A DNA stretch of 64,000 nucleotides. Source: Macrostomum lignano (taxonomy: Eukaryota). This document shows positions 63,601 to 64,000 of this stretch, piece by piece (within the stretch, counting starts at the first letter, position 1; every line of letters starts with the position of its first letter). The stretch is from positions 310,001 to 374,000 of the forward strand of contig NIVC01000092.1 in assembly GCA_002269645.1 (NCBI GenBank). The letters run 5' to 3'. The notes below the pieces were generated by a model. The model ran no database searches. It worked only from the letters and a program-made list of their open reading frames with translations, and had not been told where the DNA came from. The position numbers and the translations under genes were made by a program.

Positions 63601-64000
63601 AACTCTAAGAAAAAGGCCATTCTAAGAAATCTGTTATTTTAAGCAAGAGGCTATTCAAAGGAAAAGGTCATTGCAATAAAAAGGCAATTTATCAATATCT
63701 TTGTTGAAAACCAATTTTTAAAGACTTCTTGTCAGTAGAACTACAATATGTGACTGGATTTCCACTCTCCAGATGCCTTAGTCCAGATCTGATTGGCCGT
63801 CGAAACGGCCGATAAAAGGATCACATTCTAAGAAGCAGGCAGCCAAACGAGACAAGGATATAACTTTGGCTTTTTTAACACTGACGACTGTTTTTACATA
63901 TTAAGCAGGACTTTTTTATTACTGACTGTTCCCCATTCGACTTTTACGACTCCTTGAGGAGGAGGAGGACGGGGGAGAGGAGGGAAAACGGGAGATAAAA

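Overview
Eukaryotic (metazoan) genomic DNA: spliceosomal introns, poly-Gln-rich GC-rich exons, and introns largely filled with minisatellites. The style suggests a free-living flatworm such as Macrostomum lignano (inference). I reconstructed the following intact genes by hand. On the + strand: an EGFR-family receptor tyrosine kinase (9 exons, 7122-16930), a tetraspanin (20634-25069, one GC-AG intron), an intronless C2H2 zinc-finger gene (33314-34813), a phospholipid scramblase (37551-42256), a secreted 16-cysteine Argos/giant-lens-like protein (44956-48163) and a small secreted WSC-domain protein (55861-57629). On the - strand: GCAT/kbl (50830-54355). Mobile DNA includes a degenerate Ty3/Gypsy LTR element with a nested solo LTR, which splits an ankyrin pseudogene; a second solo LTR of the same family; a CCCAG-terminated TIR element carrying a captured Gypsy pol fragment; an internally deleted Tc1/mariner; a tRNA-derived SINE family; a 34-bp palindromic insertion with an 8-bp TSD; and a 580-bp foldback. 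The best candidate for an undescribed system is the Argos-like gene, a putative EGF-ligand sink that the ORF track misses because minisatellite introns split it, lying about 28 kb from an EGFR with a divergent second L domain. All gene models and family calls are by eye and need HMM and RNA-seq confirmation.
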